Position numbers and translations under genes: made by a program. A model generated the notes under the pieces. The model worked only from the letters and a program-made list of their open reading frames with translations. It ran no database searches and was not told the DNA's origin. This document shows positions 60,218 to 64,000 of a stretch of 64,000 bases of DNA, piece by piece; the stretch's first letter is position 1, and every line of letters starts with the position of its first letter. The stretch comes from an uncultured Pseudomonadales bacterium (GTDB taxonomy: Bacteria; Patescibacteriota; Microgenomatia; UBA1400; CAYXSR01): the NCBI GenBank assembly GCA_964430265.1, contig CAYSEI010000001.1, positions 154,786 through 218,785 on the forward strand. Reading direction: 5' to 3'.

Positions 60218-61265
60218 TTTCCGGAATTATTACCTTATCGCCCGGACTTAAACCCTCAATTACTTCTATGTTATCTTCGGATTCAATACCGGTATTAATT
60301 TCTATTTCCTTTTTTACTTCACCTTCCAGAACCTCAACATATATTTTACTGTCTCTTTGTTTGATTGTTTCCACCGGTACAGTTAATGTGTCTTGTTTTT
60401 CTTCCAGGATTAGGTCAATATCTGCATTCATACCCAGTTTGTATTTTTCCTGGCTATTGTTAACCGGTAAATCAAAACTAATTAAGTATGCAGTCCCTCC
60501 TCCCCTAATAGTTGTGGGCGCAAAATCAATTTCTTTTACATTGGAAGTAAATTCTTCTTCCGGATAGGCATCTAAAGTGATAATGGCCTTTTGTCCTTTT
60601 TTAACTTTGCCAATATCCATTTCTTCCACTTTTGCCTGGATTTCCATTTTGTTGGGATTGGCAACCGTGATTTCCGCATTTGCCGGGGTTATATTTATAC
60701 CTGCATAAGGAGAATCAATACTGGTCACAATTCCACTTATAGGGGTGATTAAGTTACTGTATTCCAAGGCAATATTATTAACTTCCACGTCCAAAACTGA
60801 ACGGTCTAAATTAAACTGGCTTTTTTCCAAAACCCTTTTGGCAGCATCACTTAATAAATATTTATCCAGTTCATTGTTGTTTATGCTGTAATCATCGCGG
60901 GTCTGTTCCATGTCCCAGCGGGTGTTCATATAGTCAATCAGCTCTTTTTTAAGGCTTTTTTGTAGTTCCCTTTGATCCAAGGAAGCCAGCACCTGCCATT
61001 TTTCTACATAATCACCTTTGTCAACTCCAACCCAGGCCAATCTACCCGAGGTTTGAAAACGCAAATTCACTTGTTCTTCGGAAAGGATTTCTCCGGAGAC
61101 GGAAAGAGTTTTCTGAATCGGTTCTTTTTTGACCAAGGTGGTTTTAACTTTCTTTTTCTGGGAAAATACAGGAATTTTTTCCCTGAATACAAAAAAAGAA
61201 GCAGCTAAAACAGCAACAACAGCTAATATTAGAAGTTTTTTATTAAGCTTTTTAAGCATATACAA
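60210..61265 (-). CDS. Periplasmic adaptor / membrane fusion protein (HlyD/MacA family)
   Basis: N-terminal TM anchor, coiled-coil hairpin, and beta-barrel domains. Confidence 0.7.
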   Translation of the reverse strand: MYMLKKLNKKLLILAVVAVLAASFFVFREKIPVFSQKKKVKTTLVKKEPIQKTLSVSGEILSEEQVNLRFQTSGRLAWVGVDKGDYVEKWQVLASLDQRELQKSLKKELIDYMNTRWDMEQTRDDYSINNNELDKYLLSDAAKRVLEKSQFNLDRSVLDVEVNNIALEYSNLITPISGIVTSIDSPYAGINITPANAEITVANPNKMEIQAKVEEMDIGKVKKGQKAIITLDAYPEEEFTSNVKEIDFAPTTIRGGGTAYLISFDLPVNNSQEKYKLGMNADIDLILEEKQDTLTVPVETIKQRDSKIYVEVLEGEVKKEIEINTGIESEDNIEVIEGLSPGDKVIIPENE

Positions 61266-61338
61266 AACTTATTATTACACAACATAAAAGTAGATACAAC
61301 AAAGTAATAGTTTACGTGATAGATAAAGATAAAAAATG

Positions 61339-61422
61339 TGCCAGGGGCGAGAGTCGAACTCGCACGTTCGTGAGAACACACGGTCCTAAGCCGTGCCTGT
61401 CTACCAGTTTCAGCACCCTGGC
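61339..61422 (-). tRNA. tRNA-Leu(TAG), class II
   Basis: Manually folded: acceptor GCCAGGG/CCCTGGC, anticodon stem CACGG/CCGTG with loop CTTAGGA, long variable arm, T-arm GCGAG-TTCGACT-CTCGC. Confidence 0.85.
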
Positions 61423-61444
61423 TTACATATTATTTTACCAGAAA

Positions 61445-62242
61445 TTAGCTGGGGTTATAAGCTCTTTGAATTGCGGCTTTATGTGCTTGCCATTCAGATT
61501 TATCATTCAAAGGTGTTAGTTTATCAATCTGATATTTACTTTTTAAAGCCTGATAAATTAAAAAGTCAGCCAAGTGGGGATTTTTCGGCAGGATAGGTCC
61601 GTGCAAATATGTGCCAACAACATTTTTAAAAACTGCACCTTCAAAATTATCACTGCTGTTGTTTCCGTATCCTTTTTCTGCGATACCCAAAGGCTTTAAT
61701 TTGTCATATTTTTTATCTTCGTTGTTTTGGCTGCTGGTATTTAAATATGTATTACCTGAATGATTTTCAAACCCTACTAGTTTGTAATCCTCTGCTTTGG
61801 GATAAACATGCTTTACTCTTTTTTTTATATCTTCTGACAAAGAAACAACAATGTTTCCGATTTTTCTTTTATTGCCTGCAACAGTGTAATAGTCAATTAA
61901 GCCTATGCCGGGTATTTTTGCTTCAGTATTAGTTTGAAAGTATTTACCCAATAATTGATAAGTTCCACAAATTGCTAGAAAAGGCTTGTCTTTCGCTATT
62001 TCTTGCTTTATTAATTCGGATTGTTTTTTGAAATCCTTTGACACAATATCCTGCTGCTGGTTCTGTCCACCCCCACCAAAATACAGGTCGCATTTAATTG
62101 TCTTTTTTTGTCCGGGGTTAATCTCAACTACTTCAACTTCAATATTACGCCATTCACAACGTTTTACTAAAGTAATAATGTTTCCTCTATCTCCGTAAAT
62201 ATTTAAAAGATTTGGGTAAAAATGTCCAATAAATAATTTCAT
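61445..62242 (-). CDS. gatD: Lipid II isoglutaminyl synthase glutaminase subunit GatD (CobQ-like GATase)
   Basis: N-terminus MKLFIGHFYPNLLNIYGDRGNI, Cys nucleophile region AICGTYQLLG, and position immediately downstream of murT. Confidence 0.8.
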   Translation of the reverse strand: MKLFIGHFYPNLLNIYGDRGNIITLVKRCEWRNIEVEVVEINPGQKKTIKCDLYFGGGGQNQQQDIVSKDFKKQSELIKQEIAKDKPFLAICGTYQLLGKYFQTNTEAKIPGIGLIDYYTVAGNKRKIGNIVVSLSEDIKKRVKHVYPKAEDYKLVGFENHSGNTYLNTSSQNNEDKKYDKLKPLGIAEKGYGNNSSDNFEGAVFKNVVGTYLHGPILPKNPHLADFLIYQALKSKYQIDKLTPLNDKSEWQAHKAAIQRAYNPS

Positions 62243-62243
62243 G

Positions 62244-63638
62244 CTATTCAGTCCACCTTTTGTGAGTTAAATTCCATTTATTTAATATCTTTCTTGTTTC
62301 AAGCATTGCTGTATATGTAGGAAAAATAATTAAATGTTTAGTCGAACTTTTTTTATAACTTTTTAAGTTCTTCTCTAGGTCTTTACTTATTTGAAGTATA
62401 TTCTTTTTGTATTCAAAGTCAGAGTATTTAATTCTTAGTTGTAAATCATCTACTCTTCTTCCGGATAAGTAGATTTTATTTACATTTTTAAACTGGTTTA
62501 AATAATTAAAGTTGGCATCCCAAATCCAGGAAACATCTTTGCCATCAGCAATTAAATCATTTAATACAAACATTAATGCTATTTGTTTTTCTTTAAAAAA
62601 CAAAAGTGAGGTTTTCAAGGATTGGTTTAAGGCTATCGGATTTTTTGTCAAGATAATTGTTATTTTCTTATTTCCCCATTTTACTGTTTCAAAGCGTCCA
62701 AATGGCAGAGTGAAAGTATCTAATCCTTTTATAATAAATTCTTTTTCAATATTCAGTGAAGATGCTGTGGAAACAGCTGCTAAAGCATTGTAGATATTGT
62801 AAATTCCCGGTGCTTTTATACTGACTTCAAATTCACTTTTATTAGCAACTATTTGCAAAGTGGATTTATTTATTGATTCTATTTTGGCTTTTTTGCAATA
62901 GACTGTTGGTTTTGGCTGGTTTTTTTTGCATTTTGGACAGGAATAGATTCCAAGGTGTGAGAAAAATGTTTTCGTATATTTTAGGTTTGTCATGCAATCC
63001 AAACAAAATATAGAGTCTGCAGCATGTTCAATATTTTGTTTACCTAGTGATTTATCACGAATTCCATAGTAGACTATTTTTTTATCCAGTTTATTACCTA
63101 ATGAGGCAACTCTGGGGTCGTCAGAATTAAGAACAACAGTGAGATCTTTATTGTATTTACTAAATGCTTTTTGCCATTTTTTAGCTAAAGTATCAATTTC
63201 CCCGTAGCGGTCCAGCTGGTCACGGAAAAGGTTTGTTAAAACTATTAACTTTGGAGTGAGCTCCTTAAGTGCAAGAGGTACTACCGCTTCATCAACTTCC
63301 CAAACTCCAATTACTTTTTTGTTGCTATTAAGTAACATTATATGTTTTATAATTGTTGAAGCAATTCCCCTCAAAAGATTAGATCCGGAGCGGTTATGGA
63401 TTACATTATATCCGGACTCTTTAATTATTGAAGAAATCATTCTGGAAGTGGTGGTTTTCCCGTTTGTTCCACTGATTAAAACTGAATATTCCAGTTTGCT
63501 GCTTAGAATCCTAATTATGCCGGGTTCAATTTTTAAAGCAATTAGTCCGGGAGCCGCTCCCCCTTCTTTATTAAACAGCCTGAGGATATAGAAGCTAAGT
63601 TTGGAAAGAAATATTGCAAAAAAAAGTTTAGTTTTCAC
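62244..63638 (-). CDS. murT: Lipid II isoglutaminyl synthase MurT (Mur-ligase family)
   Basis: Mur ligase P-loop ISGTNGKTTTSRMI, the Cys4 ribbon CLDCMTNL...CPKCK, and a DUF1727-like C-terminal domain. Confidence 0.8.
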   Translation of the reverse strand: MKTKLFFAIFLSKLSFYILRLFNKEGGAAPGLIALKIEPGIIRILSSKLEYSVLISGTNGKTTTSRMISSIIKESGYNVIHNRSGSNLLRGIASTIIKHIMLLNSNKKVIGVWEVDEAVVPLALKELTPKLIVLTNLFRDQLDRYGEIDTLAKKWQKAFSKYNKDLTVVLNSDDPRVASLGNKLDKKIVYYGIRDKSLGKQNIEHAADSIFCLDCMTNLKYTKTFFSHLGIYSCPKCKKNQPKPTVYCKKAKIESINKSTLQIVANKSEFEVSIKAPGIYNIYNALAAVSTASSLNIEKEFIIKGLDTFTLPFGRFETVKWGNKKITIILTKNPIALNQSLKTSLLFFKEKQIALMFVLNDLIADGKDVSWIWDANFNYLNQFKNVNKIYLSGRRVDDLQLRIKYSDFEYKKNILQISKDLEKNLKSYKKSSTKHLIIFPTYTAMLETRKILNKWNLTHKRWTE

Positions 63639-64000
63639 TATATACGTATTCTAACTTAAGATAATTTAGGGATCAATTATAAAAATGTATTTTATTGGCA
63701 AAAGATATATATCTTAATACTTATATGTATTGGATGTGTTGTTCTATAAAAATAATTACAAGATACTATTTTTAAATATATTTAGCCAAAAAAAATCCAC
63801 CAGTAAACCCGGTGAGGCCTACCAATGGATCTACTTAGGATATTAACACCATAAAAAAAGCTTGTCAAGTACTAAAATTATAGGATTAAAAAAGGAAGAT
63901 ATTTTCGAGTTATTTTAGATCGTTAAGAAATTGTTTTACACATTTTGCCCAGGGTCCTCCCTTTTCCAAAGAAGGAGGTGTGTATATTTCCATCATTTCT

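Noticed and set aside
63960-64000. AAGGAGGTG near the window end looked like the complement of the 16S rRNA 3' end
   Set aside because: The flanking sequence lacks the GATCACCTCCTT context. It is more likely an SD for a plus-strand gene starting beyond the window.

Overview
This is a low-GC, gene-dense bacterial chromosomal window with many ATGA/TGATG overlaps and several truncated domain architectures. These traits suggest a small, streamlined genome of the Candidate Phyla Radiation (CPR/Patescibacteria) type; that placement is inference. The core content is housekeeping: a dnaB 3' fragment, efp, lgt-dksA-lspA, gyrA, gyrB, holB, recG, the rpmF-nusB-rnc-rpsP and thrS-infC-rpmI-rplT operons, pheST, tyrS, tig, murT/gatD, a PBP1A, a MacAB-type efflux system and three tRNAs. 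The window holds three items worth a second look. (1) A complete, secretin-less type IV pilus locus at 22.1-40.0 kb: pilB-pilT-pilC and a major pilin, then a four-gene glycosyltransferase/methyltransferase block, then pilD, eight more prepilin-like genes and pilM-pilN-pilO. The membrane protein directly downstream of the major pilin is a candidate pilin glycosyltransferase. (2) A candidate accessory island at 9.5-15.1 kb: a 1.4-kb ORF-free AT-rich region with a thrice-repeated GTCGCACAA motif embedded in hairpins, then a tyrosine recombinase, a YkgJ-type Cys-cluster protein, a 513-aa protein with no recognisable motif, and two convergent HIT-family genes, one of which has no canonical start codon. 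(3) A probable T-box riboswitch leader on the minus strand at about 47.21-47.50 kb. It carries the conserved AGGGUGGUACCGCG T-box core, and its alternative hairpin occludes the ribosome-binding site, which points to translational control. It sits in front of an unknown 342-aa gene, an M20 peptidase and tyrS. I also recovered a short ribosomal gene the ORF track missed (rpmF, below the 60-aa cutoff) and a recurring TGnTATAAT-N6/7-ATG arrangement that implies leaderless mRNAs at operon-first genes. All coordinates and motifs were read from the sequence by hand; family assignments rest on recalled signature motifs, not on database searches.
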